A stretch of 64,000 bases of DNA, taken from assembly GCA_964016885.1 (NCBI GenBank), contig OZ024764.1, positions 27,342,001-27,406,000 on the forward strand, written 5' to 3'. The first letter of the stretch is position 1. The number at the start of each line of letters is the position of its first letter. The notes under the pieces were generated by a model. The model made no database searches. It was not told the origin of the DNA and worked only from the letters and a program-made list of their open reading frames with translations. Below, in pieces: positions 36,510 through 49,300 of the stretch. This DNA is from Eledone cirrhosa (lineage: Eukaryota). A program made the position numbers and the translations under genes.

Positions 36510-36964
36510 AAACCCTAAATAATGATTTAAGAAATGATGTCAATCTCTTTGTACAGAGAAAAACAATTTATATATATGCATCGTGTGCGCGTGTATACTC
36601 CATTTAAGACAGCGACAAACCTAGTACCTCCTTCAAAGAATGCCAAATAGTTTATGCCTAAGGTGTAACACTAATTAAGTTACCGGTGTAGATATTTCAG
36701 TTGAACCTTGCTTCAAACATGCATATTATTATTATATATTTTCAAACACACTTACATACATTATATTTATACACATAGAAATAATAAGTTAAAACTAAAG
36801 TATAATGATATAACAACAGTATATAATAGTTTTCTTCACTTTATTGAGATGCAATCGTTTTAAAGAAAAAACATGACAGTATAAGAAATATTTAATATGA
36901 TAACATAATATTTCAGGTAGGATGGTGGTTTCTCTATGATGGTGGTTTCTCTTTGAACTAATAA

Positions 36965-37130
36965 TTGTTTCTATTTTAGGCACAAGGTCAGTAATTAACC
37001 AGTACATTACTGGTACTTTATTTTATCGACCCCGTAAGGATGAAAGGCAAAGTTGACCTCGGATCGTAAAGGGACGTAACTATGCTGGAAAGCATGGCGT
37101 CAGACCCTCTACCGATACTGCCAATTCACC
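36965..37130 (-). mobile_element. SINE of the same family with the B-box deleted
   Basis: Paralogue of 12271-12413, with the same internal deletion (CCTCGG^ATCG) but the 5' part retained (TCTACCGATACTGCCAA). Confidence 0.85.
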
Positions 37131-37329
37131 ATACAGTATAATTATACAAATATGCATATAGATAGCAATATATATACACTAATATGTATGTACATATTTA
37201 CAAATATGTACATATATATAGGGAGAGAGCGAGACACATGTATGTATATATATATACACATGCGTGTATGTATGTGTGTTTATGTACATTCTTCTGTATA
37301 TATATATGAGTCACAGTTTATTACACATT

Positions 37330-40300
37330 GGAGACACAGAGGGAGAGAGTTGTAACGAGAGGTGAGAGAGAGAGAGAGAGTTGGAACGAGAGGTGAGAGA
37401 GAGAGAGTTGGAACGAGAGAGAGAGAGAGTTGAAACGAGAGGTGAGAGAGTTGAAACAAGAGAGGAGAGAGAGAGAGTTGAAACGAGGAGAGAGTTGAAA
37501 CAAGAGGGTGAGGGGAGAGAGGGGAGAGAGTGATGAAACGAGTTGGAGATAGTGTGAAAGAGAGAGAGAGAGGAAGAGAGAGAGAGAGAGGAAGAGAGAG
37601 GAAGAGAGGGGAAGAGAGAGAGAGGGAGAGAGGGGGATGAAACAAGAGAGAGGGGGATGAAACAAGAGGGTGAGGGATGAAACAAGAGAGAGAGGGGAGA
37701 GAAAGAGAGAGAGAGAGAGAGAAAGAATTGAAACAAGAGAGAGATGAAACAAGTGAGGGATTAGAGAGAGATGAAACAAGTGAGGGATTAGAGTGTCGAA
37801 ACAAGAGAGACAGAGGAAGAGAGAGAGAGAGCGAGATGAAATGAGAGAGAGAGAGTGAGATGAAATGAGAGAGAGAGAGCGAGATGAAACGAGACAGGGA
37901 GAGCGAGATGAAACGAGAGAGTGAGAGCGAGATGAAACGAGAGAGTGAGAGCGAGATGAAACGAGAGGGAGCGAGATGAAATGAAAGAGAGAGATGAGAT
38001 GAAATGAGAGAGAGAGAGAGCGAGATGAAACGAGACAGAGAGAGCGGGATGAAACGAGAGAGAGAGAGAGCGAGATGAAACGAGAGAGAGAGAGAGCGAG
38101 ATGAAACAAGAGTGCGAGAGCGAGATGAAACAAGAGAGTGAGAGCGAGATGAAATGAGAGAGAGAGAGAGAACGAGATGAAATGAGAGAGAGAGAGCGAG
38201 ATGAAATGAGACATAGAATGATGAAACGAGAGAGAGATGAAACGAGAGAGAGAGGAAACGAAAGAGAGGAAACGAGAGTAGAGAGCGAGATGAAACAGGA
38301 GAGAGAGAGCGAGATGATACAGGAGAGAGAGAGCGAAATGAAACGAGACGGAGAGAGAGATGAAATGAGAGAGCGAGAGAGAGATAGAGGGAGATGAAAC
38401 GACAGAGAGAGAGACAGATGAAACGAGGGAGATAGAGATGAAACGAGAGAGAGGAAGAGAGAGATAGAACGAGAGAGAGGAAGAGAGAGATGAAACGAGA
38501 GAGAGGAAGACAGAGATGAAACGAGAGAGAGAGAGAGCAAGATGAAACGAGAGAGAGGAAGAGAGAGAGTGAGAGATGAAACGAGAGAGAGAGAGAGTGA
38601 GATGAAACGAGAGAGAGGAAGAGAGAGAGCGCGAGATGAAACGAGAGAGAGCGCGAGATGAAAGTCTGTCATGTAATGTTATGGACATATCTGCCCTAGG
38701 GGCTAATAATTGTCATGTAATGTTATGGACATCTCTGCCCCTGTGGCTAATAATTCTGTCATGTAATGTTATGGCCATCTCTGCCCCTGTGGCTAATAAA
38801 TCTGTCATGCAATGTTATGGACATCTCTGCCCCTGTGGCTAATAATTCTGACATGTAATGTTATGGACATCTCTGCCCCTGTGGCTAATAATTCTGACAT
38901 GTAACGTTATGGACATCTCTGCCCCTGTGGCTAATAATTCTGAGAGAGATGAAACAAGTGAGGGATTAAAGTGTTGAAACAAGAGAGAGAGAGGAAGAGA
39001 GAGTGAGAGCGAGACAAACGAGAGAGAGAGAGCGAGATGAAATGAGAGAGTGAGAGCGAGAAGAAACGAGAGAGAGAGAGCGAGATGAAATGAGAGAGAG
39101 AGAGCGAGATGAAATGAGAGAGAGGGAGCGAGATGAAACGAGACAGAGAGAGCGGGATGAAACGAGAGAGAGAGAGCGAGATGAAATGAGAGAGAGAGAG
39201 TGAGATGAAACGAGAGAGTGAGAGCTAGATGAAATGAGAGAGAGAGGAAACGAGAGAGAGAGGAAACGAGAGAGAGGAAACGAGAGTAGATTGCGAGATG
39301 AAACAGGAGAGAGAGAGAGCGAGATGAAACAGGAGAGAGAGAGCGAGACGAAACGAGAGGGAGAGAGAGATGAAACGAGAGAGCGAGAGAGAGATAGAGG
39401 GAGATGAAACGACAGAGAGAGAGACAGATGAAACGAGGGAGATAGAGATGAAACGAGAGAGAGAGATGAAACGAGAGAGAGGAAGAGAGAGATGGAACGA
39501 GAGAGAGGAAGAGAGAGATGGAACGAGAGAGAGGAAGACAGAGATGAAACGAGTGAGAGAGAGATCGAGATGAAACGAGAGAGAGGAAGAGAGAGAGCGC
39601 GTGATGAAACGAGAGAGAGAGAGCGAGATGAAATGAGAGAGTGAGAGTGAGATGAAACGAGAGAGAGAGAGCGGGATGAAACGAGACAGAGAGATCGAGA
39701 TGAAATGAGAGACAGAGAGAGCGAGATGAAACGAGAGAGTGAGAGCTAGATGAAACGAGAGAGAGATGGAACGAGAGTAGAGAGCGAGATCAAACAGGAG
39801 AGAGAGAGCGAGATGAAACAGGAGTGAGAGAGCGAGATGAAACGAGAGCGAGGTAGAGATGAAACGAGAGAGCGAGAGAGAGATAGAGGGAGATGAAACG
39901 ACAGAGAGAGAGACAGATGAAACGAGGGAGATAGAGATGAAACGAGAGAGAGAGAGCGAGATGAAACGAGAGAGTGAGAGCTAGATGAAACGAGAGAGAG
40001 GAAGACAAAGATTAAACGAGAGAGAGAGAGAGAGAGCGAGATGAAACGAGAGAGAGGAAGAGAGAGTGCGCGAGATGAAACGAGAGAGAGAGAGCGCGAG
40101 ATGAAAGTCTGTCATGTAATGTTATGGACATATCTGCCCTTGGGGCTAATAATTGTCGTGTAATGTTATGGACATATCTGCCCCTGTGGCTAATAATTCT
40201 GTCATGTAATGTTATGGACATCTCTGCCCCTGTGGCTAATAATTATGTCATGTAATGTTATGGACATCTCTGCCCCTGTGGCTAATAATTCTGTCATGTA

Positions 40301-43300
40301 ATGTTATGGACATCTCTGCCCCTGTGGCTAATAAATTCGTCATGTAATGTTATGGACATCTCTGCCCCTGTGGCTAATAAATCTGTCATGTAATGTTATG
40401 GACATCTCTGCCCCTGTGGCTAATAATTCTGACATGTAATGTTATGGACATCTCTGCCCCTGTGGCTAATAATTCTGAGAGAGATGAAACAAGTGAGGGA
40501 TAAGAGAGAGATGAAACAAGTGAGGGATTAGAGTGTTGAAACAAGAGAGAGAGAGGAAGAGAGAGTGAGAGCGAGATGAAATGAGAGAGAGACAGAGCGA
40601 GATGAAATGAGAGAGTGAGAGCGAGATGAAACGAGAGAGAGAGAGCGAGATGAAATGAGAGAGAGAGAGCGAGATGAAATGAGAGAGAGAGAGCGAGATG
40701 AAACGAGACAGAGAGAGCGGGATGAAATGAGAGAGAGAGAGCGAGATGAAATGAGACAGAGAGAGCGGGATGAAACGAGACAGAGAGAGCGAGATGAAAT
40801 GAGAGAGAGAGAGAGCGAAATGAAACGAGACAGAGAGACCGAGATGAAACGAGAGAGAGAGAGAGAGCGAGATGAAATGAGAGAGAGAGAGCGAGATGAA
40901 ACGAGAGTGAGAGCTAGAGGAAACGAGAGAGAGAGGAAACGAGAGAGAGAGGAAACGAGAGAGAGAGAGGAAACGAGAGAGAGGATACGAGAGAGAGGAA
41001 ACGAGAGTAGAGAGCGAGATGAAACAGGAGAGAGAGAGCGAGATGAAACAAGAGAGAGAGAGCGAGATGAAACGAGAGGGAGAGAGAGATGAAACGAGAG
41101 AGCGAGAGAGAGATAGAGCGCAAGATGAAACGACAGAGAGAGAGACAGATGAAACGAGGGAGATAGAGATGAAACGAGAGAGAGAGATGAAACGAGAGAG
41201 AGGAAGAGAGAGATGGAACGAGAGAGAGGAAGACAGAGATGAAACGAGAGAGAGAGAGAGCAAGATAAAACGAGAGATAGGAAGAGAGAGAGTGCGAGAT
41301 GAAACGAGAGAGAGAGAGAGTGAGATGAAACGAGAGAGAGGAAGAGAGAGAGCGCGAGATGAAACGCGAGAGCGCGAGATGAAAGTCTGTCATGTAATGT
41401 TATGGACATATCTGCCCTTGGGGCTAATAATTGTCATGTAATGTTATGGACATCTCTGCCCCTGTGGCTAATAATTCTGTCATGTAATGTTATGGCCATC
41501 TCTGCCCCTGTGGCTAATAATTCTGTCATGTAATGTTATGGACATCTCTGCCCCTGTGGCTAATAAATTCGTCATGTAATGTTATGGACATCTCTGCCCC
41601 TGTGGCTAATAAATTCGTCATGTAATGTTATGGACATCTCTGCCCCTGTGGCTAATAAATCTGTCATGTAATGTTATGGACATCTCTGCCCCTGTGGCTA
41701 ATAATTCTGACATGTAATGTTATGGACATCTCTGCCCCTGTGGCTAATAATTCTGAGAGAGATGAAACAAGTGAGGGAAAAGAGAGAGATGAAACAAGTG
41801 AGGGATTAGAGTGTTGAAACAAGAGAGAGAGAGAGGAAGAGAGAGTGAGAGCGAGATCAAACGAGAGAGAGAGAGAGCAAGATCAAATGAGAGAGAGAGA
41901 GCGAGATGAAATGAGAGAGAGAGAGCGAGATGAAACGAGATAGAGAGAGCGTGATGAAACGAGACAGAGAGAGCGAGATGAAATGAGAGAGAGAGAGAGC
42001 GAAATGAAACGAGACAGAGAGAGCGAGATGAAACGAGAGAGAGAGAGGGAGATGAAATGAGAGAGAGAGAGCGAGATGAAACGAGAGAGTGAGAGCTAGA
42101 GGAAACGAGAGAGAGTGGAAACGAGAGAGAGAGGAAACGAGAGAGAGGATACGAGAGAGAGGAAACAAGAGTAGAGAGCGAGATGAAACAGGAGAGAGAG
42201 AGCGAGATGAAACAGGAGAGAGAGAGCGAGATGAAACGAGAGGGAGAGAGAGATGAAACGAGAGAGCGAGAGAGAGATAGAGGGAGATGAAACGACAGAG
42301 AGAGAGACAGATGAAACGAGGGAGATAGAGATGAAACGAGAGAGAGAGATGAAACGAGAGAGAGGAAGAGAGAGATGGAACGAGAGAGAGGAAGAGAGAG
42401 ATGGAACGAGAGAGAGGAAGACAGAGATGAAACGAGAGAGAGAGAGAGAGAGATGAAACGAGAGAGAGAGGAAGATAGAGAGTGCGTGATGAAACGAGAG
42501 AGAGAGAGAGAGAGAGCGAGATGAAACGAGAGAGAGGAAGAGAGAGAGCGCGAGATGAAACGAGAGAGAGAGAGAGCGAGATGAAACGAGAGGGAGGGAG
42601 AGATGAAACGAGAGAGCGAGAGAGAGATAGAGGGAGATGAAACGACAGAGAGAGAGACAGATGAAATGAGGGAGATAGAGATGAAACGAGAGAGCGAGAT
42701 GAAACGAGAGAGTGAGAGCGAGATGGAACGAGACAGAGAGAGCGAGATGAAACGAGAGAGTGAGAGCTAGATGAAACGAGAGAGAGATGGAACGAGAGAG
42801 AGAGGAAGAGAGAAATGGAACGAGAGAGTGGAAGACAAAGATGAAACGAGAGAGAGAGAGAGCGAGATGAAACGAGAGAGAGGAAGAGAGAGAGCGCGAG
42901 ATGAAACGAGAGAGAGAGAGAGCGAGATGAAACGAGAGAGAGGAAGAGAGAGAGGGCTAGATGAAACGAGAGAGAGCGCGAGATGAAAGTCTGTCATGTA
43001 ATGTTATCGACATATCTGCCCTTGGGGCTAATAATTGTCATGTAATGTTATGTACATCTCTGCCCCTGTGGCTAATAATTCTGTCATGTAATGTTATGGA
43101 CATCTCTGCCCCTGTGGCTAATAATTATGTCATGTAATGTTATGGACATCTCTGCCCCTGTGGCTAATAATTCTGTCATGTAATGTTATGGACATCTCTG
43201 CCCCTGTGGCTAATAAATTCGTCATGTAATGTTATGGACATCTCTGCCCCTGTGGCTAATAAATCTGAGAGAGATGAAACAAGTGAGAGATTAGAGTGTT

Positions 43301-46300
43301 GAAACAAGAGAGAGAGAGGAAGAGAGAGTGAGAGCGAGATCAAACGAGAGAGAGAGAGCGAGATGAAATGAGAGAGTGAGAGCGAGATGAAACGAGAGAG
43401 AGAGAGCCAGATGAAATGAGAGAGAGAGAGCGAGATGAAATGAGAGAGAGAGAGCGAGATGAAACGAGACAGAGAGAGCGGGATGAAACGAGATAGAGAG
43501 AGCGAGATGAAATGAGAGAGAGAGAGAGCGAAATGAAACGAGACAGAGAGAGCCAGATGAAATGAGAGAGAGAGAGCGAGATGAAACGAGAGAGAGAGAG
43601 CGAGATGAAATGAGAGAGAGAGAGCGAGCTGAAACGAGAGAGTGAGAGCGAGATGAAATGAGAGAGAGAGAGAGAACGAGATGAAATGAGAGAGAGAGAG
43701 AGAGCGAGATGAAATGAGACATAGAATGATGAAACGAGAGAGAGATGAAACGAGAGAGAGAGGAAACGAGAGAGAGGAAACGAGAGTAGAGAGCGAGATG
43801 AAACAGGAGAGAGAGAGCGAGATGAAACGAGACGGAGAGAGAGATGAAACGAGAGAGCGAGAGAGAGATAGAGGGAGATGAAACGACAGAGAGAGAGACA
43901 GATGAAACGAGGGAGATAGAGATGAAACGAGAGAGAGGAAGAGAGAGATAGAACGAGAGAGAGGAAGAGAGAGATGAACGAGAGAGAGGAAGACAGAGAT
44001 GAAACGAGAGAGAGAGAGAGCAAGATGAAACGAGAGAGAGGAAGAGAGAGAGTGCGAGATGAAACGAGAGAGAGAGAGAGTGAGATGAAACGAGAGAGAG
44101 GAAGAGAGAGAGCGCGAGATGAAACGAGAGAGAGCGCGAGATGAAAGTCTGTCATGTAATGTTATGGACATATCTGCCCTAGGGGCTAATAATTGTCATG
44201 TAATGTTATGGACATCTCTGCCCCTGTGGCTAATAATTCTGTCATGTAATGTTATGGCCATCTCTGCCCCTGTGGCTAATAATTCTGTCATGTAATGTTA
44301 TGGACATCTCTGCCCCTGTGGCTAATAAATTCGTCATGTAATGTTATGGACATCTCTGCCCCTGTGGCTAATAAATTCGTCATGTAATGTTATGGACATC
44401 TCTGCCCCTGTGGCTAATAAATCTGTCATGTAATGTTATGGACATCTCTGCCCCTGTGGCTAATAATTCTGACATGTAATGTTATGGACATCTCTGCCCC
44501 TGTGGCTAATAATTCTGAGAGAGATGAAACAAGTGAGGGAAAAGAGAGAGATGAAACAAGTGAGGGATTAGAGTGTTGAAACAAGAGAGAGAGAGAGGAA
44601 GAGAGAGTGAGAGCGAGATCAAACGAGAGAGAGAGAGAGCAAGATGAAATGAGAGAGAGAGAGCGAGATGAAATGAGAGAGAGAGAGCGAGATGAAACGA
44701 GATAGAGAGAGCGGGATGAAACGAGACAGAGAGAGCGAGATGAAATGAGAGAGAGAGAGAGCGAAATGAAACGAGACAGAGAGAGCGAGATGAAACGAGA
44801 GAGAGAGAGGGAGATGAAATGAGAGAGAGAGAGCGAGATGAAACGAGAGAGTGAGAGCTAGAGGAAACGAGAGAGAGTGGAAACGAGAGAGAGGAAACGA
44901 GAGAGAGGATACGAGAGAGAGGAAACAAGAGTAGAGAGCGAGATGAAACAGGAGAGAGAGAGCGAGATGAAACAGGAGAGAGAGAGCGAGATGAAACGAG
45001 AGGGAGAGAGAGATGAAACGAGAGAGCGAGAGAGAGATAGAGGGAGATGAAACGACAGAGAGAGAGACAGATGAAACGAGGGAGATAGAGATGAAACGAG
45101 AGAGAGAGATGAAACGAGAGAGAGGAAGAGAGAGATGGAACGAGAGAGAGGAAGAGAGAGATGGAACGAGAGAGAGGAAGACAGAGATGAAACGAGAGAG
45201 AGAGAGAGAGAGAGATGAAACGAGAGAGAGAGGAAGATAGAGAGTGCGTGATGAAACGAGAGAGAGAGAGAGAGAGAGCGAGATGAAACGAGAGAGAGGA
45301 AGAGAGAGAGCGCGAGATGAAACGAGAGAGAGAGAGAGCGAGATGAAATGAGAGAGTGTGAGTGAGACGAAACGAGAGAGAGAGTGAGAGCGAGATGAAA
45401 TGAGAGAGAGAGAGCGAGACGAAATGAGAGAGAGAGAGCGAGATGAAACGAGACAGAGAGAGCGGGATGAAACGAGACAGATGGATCGAGATGAAATGAC
45501 AGAGTGAGAGCGAGATGGAACGAGACAGAGAGAGCGCGATGAAACGAGAGAGAGATGGAACGAAAGTAGAGATCGAGATGAAACAGGAGAGAGAGAGCGA
45601 GATGAAACGAGAGGGAGGGAGAGATGAAACGAGAGAGCGAGAGAGAGATAGAGGGAGATGAAACGACAGAGAGAGAGACAGATGAAATGAGGGAGATAGA
45701 GATGAAACGAGAGAGTGAGAGCGAGATGGAACGAGACAGAGAGAGCGAGATGAAACGAGAGAGTGAGAGCTAGATGAAACGAGAGAGAGATGGAACGAGA
45801 GAGAGAGGAAGAGAGAAATGGAACGAGAGAGTGGAAGACAAAGATGAAACGAGAGAGAGAGAGAGCGAGATGAAACGAGAGAGAGGAAGAGAGAGAGCGC
45901 GAGATGAAACGAGAGAGAGAGAGAGCGAGATGAAACGAGAGAGAGGAAGAGAGAGAGGGCGAGATGAAACGAGAGAGAGCGCGAGATGAAAGTCTGTCAT
46001 GTAATGTTATCGACATATCTGCCCTTGGGGCTAATAATTGTCATGTAATGTTATGGACATATCTGCCCCTGGGGCTAATAATTGTCATGTAATGTTATGT
46101 ACATCTCTGCCCCTGTGGCTAATAATTCTGTCATGTAATGTTATGGACATCTCTGCCCCTGTGGCTAATAATTATGTCATGTAATGTTATGGACATCTCT
46201 GCCCCTGTGGCTAATAATTCTGTCATGTAATGTTATGGACATCTCTGCCCCTGTGGCTAATAAATTCGTCATGTAATGTTATGGACATCTCTGTCCCTGT

Positions 46301-49300
46301 GGCTAATAAATCTGAGAGAGATGAAACAAGTGAGGGATTAGAGTGTTGAAACAAGAGAGAGAGAGGAAGAGAGAGTGAGAGCGAGATCAAACGAGAGAGA
46401 GAGAGCGAGATGGAATGAGAGAGTGAGAGCGAGATGAAACGAGAGAGAGAGAGCCAGATGAAATGAGAGAGAGAGAGCGAGATGAAATGAGAGAGAGAGA
46501 GCGAGATGAAACGAGACAGAGAGAGCGGGATGAAACGAGATAGAGAGAGCGAGATGAAATGAGAGAGAGAGAGAGCGAAATGAAACGAGACAGAGAGAGC
46601 CAGATGAAATGAGAGAGAGAGAGCGAGATGAAACGAGAGAGAGAGAGCGAGATGAAATGAGAGAGAGAGAGCGAGATGAAACGAGAGAGTGAGAGCGAGA
46701 TGAAATGAGAGAGAGAGAGAGAATGAGATGAAATGAGAGAGAGAGAGAGAGCGAGATGAAATGAGACATAGAATGATGAAACGAGAGAGAGATGAAACGA
46801 GAGAGAGAGGAAACGAGAGAGAGGAAACGAGAGTAGAGAGCGAGATGAAACAGGAGAGAGAGAGCGAGATGAAACGAGACGGAGAGAGAGAGATAGAGGG
46901 AGATGAAACGACAGAGAGAGAGACAGATGAAACGAGGGAGATAGAGATGAAACGAGAGAGAGGAAGAGAGAGATAGAACGAGAGAGAGGAAGAGAGAGAT
47001 GAACGAGAGAGAGGAAGACAGAGATGAAACGAGAGAGAGAGAGAGCAAGATGAAACGAGAGAGAGGAAGAGAGAGAGTGCGAGATGAAACGAGAGAGAGA
47101 GAGCGCGAGATGAAACGAGAGAGAGCGCGAGATGAAAGTCTGTCATGTAATGTTATGGACATATCTGCCCTAGGGGCTAATAATTGTCATGTAATGTTAT
47201 GGACATCTCTGCCCCTGTGGCTAATAATTCTGTCATGTAATGTTATGGCTATCTCTGCCCCTGTGGCTAATAATTCTGTCATGTAATGTTATGGACATCT
47301 CTGTCCCTGTGGCTAATAATTCTGTCATGTAATGTTATGGACATCTCTGCCCCTGTGGCTAATAATTCTGAGAGAGATGAAACAAGTGAGGGATAAGAGA
47401 GAGATGAAACAAGTGAGGGATTAGAGTGTTGAAACAAGCGAGAGAGAGGAAGAGAGAGTGAGACAGAGCGAGATGAAATGAGAGAGTGAGAGCGAGATGA
47501 AACGAGAGAGAGAGAGCGAGATGAAATGAGAGAGAGAGAGCGAGATGAAATGAGAGAGAGAGAGCGAGATGAAACGAGACAGAGAGAGCGGGATGAAATG
47601 AGAGAGAGAGAGCGAGATGAAATGAGACAGAGAGAGCGGGATGAAACGAGACAGAGAGAGCGAGATGAAATGAGAGAGAGAGAGAGCGAAATGAAACGAG
47701 ACAGAGAGAGCGAGATGAAACGAGAGAGAGAGAGAGAGCGAGATGAAATGAGAGAGAGAGAGCGAGATGAAACAAGAGAGTGAAAGCTAGAGGAAACGAG
47801 AGAGAGAGGAAACGAGAGAGAGAGGAAACGAGAGACAGAGAGGATACGAGAGAGAGGAAACGAGAGTAGAGAGCGAGATGAAACAGGAGAGAGAGAGCGA
47901 GATGAAACAGGAGAGAGAGAGCGAGATGAAACGAGAGGGAGAGAGAGATGAAACGAGAGAGCGCGAGAGAGATAGAGGTAGATGAAACGACAGAGAGAGA
48001 GACAGATGAAACGAGGGAGATAGAGATGAAACGAGAGAGAGAGATGAAACGAGAGAGAGGAAGAGAGAGATGTAACGAGAGAGAGGAAGACAGAGATGAA
48101 ACGAGAGAGAGAGAGAGCAAGATAAAACGAGAGAGAGGAAGAGAGAGAGTGCGAGATGAAACGAGAGAGAGAGTGAGATGAAACGAGAGAGAGGAAGAGA
48201 GAGAGCGCGAGATGAAAGTCTGTCATGTAATGTTATGGACATATCTGCCCTAGGGGCTAATAATTGTCATGTAATGTTATGGACATCTCTGCCCCTGTGG
48301 CTAATAATTCTGTCATGTAATGTTATGGCCATCTCTGCCCCTGTGGCTAATAATTCTGTCATGTAATGTTATGGACATCTCTGCCCCTGTGGCTAATAAA
48401 TTCGTCATGTAATGTTATGGACATCTCTGCCCCTGTGGCTAATAAATTCGTCATGTAATGTTATGGACATCTCTGCCCCTGTGGCTAATAAATCTGTCAT
48501 GTAATGTTATGGACATCTCTGCCCCTGTGGCTAATAATTCTGACATGTAATGTTATGGACATCTCTGCCCCTGTGGCTAATAATTCTGAGTGAGATGAAA
48601 CAAGTGAGGGATAAGAGAGAGATGAAACAAGTGAGGGATTAGAGTGTTGAAACAAGAGAGAGAGGAAGAGAGAGTGAGAGCGAGATCAAACGAGAGAGAG
48701 AGCAAGATGAAATGAGAGAGAGAGAGCGAGATGAAATGAGAGAGAGAGAGCGAGATGAAACGAGACAGAGAGAGCGGGATGAAACGAGACAGAGAGAGCG
48801 AGATGAAATGAGAGAGAGAGAGAGCGAAATGAAACGAGACAGAGAGAGCGAGATGAAACGAGAGAGAGAGAGCGAGATGAAACGAGAGAGAGAGAGAGAG
48901 CGAGATGAAACGAGAGAGAGGAAGAGAGAGAGCGCGAGATGAAACAAGAGAGAGAGAGCGCGAGATGAAAGTCTGTCATGTAATGTTATGGACATATCTG
49001 CCCTTGGGGCTAATAATTGTCGTGTAATGTTATGGACATATCTGCCCCTGTGGCTAATAATTCTGTCATGTAATGTTATGGACATCTCTGCCCCTGTGGC
49101 TAATAATTCTGTCATGTAATGTTATGGACATCTCTGCCCCTGTGGCTAATAAATTCGTCATGTAATGTTATGGACATCTCTGCCCCTGTGGCTAATAAAT
49201 CTGTCATGTAATGTTATGGACATCTCTGCCCCTGTGGCTAATAATTCTGACATGTAATGTTATGGACATCTCTGCCCCTGTGGCTAATAACTCTGAGAGA

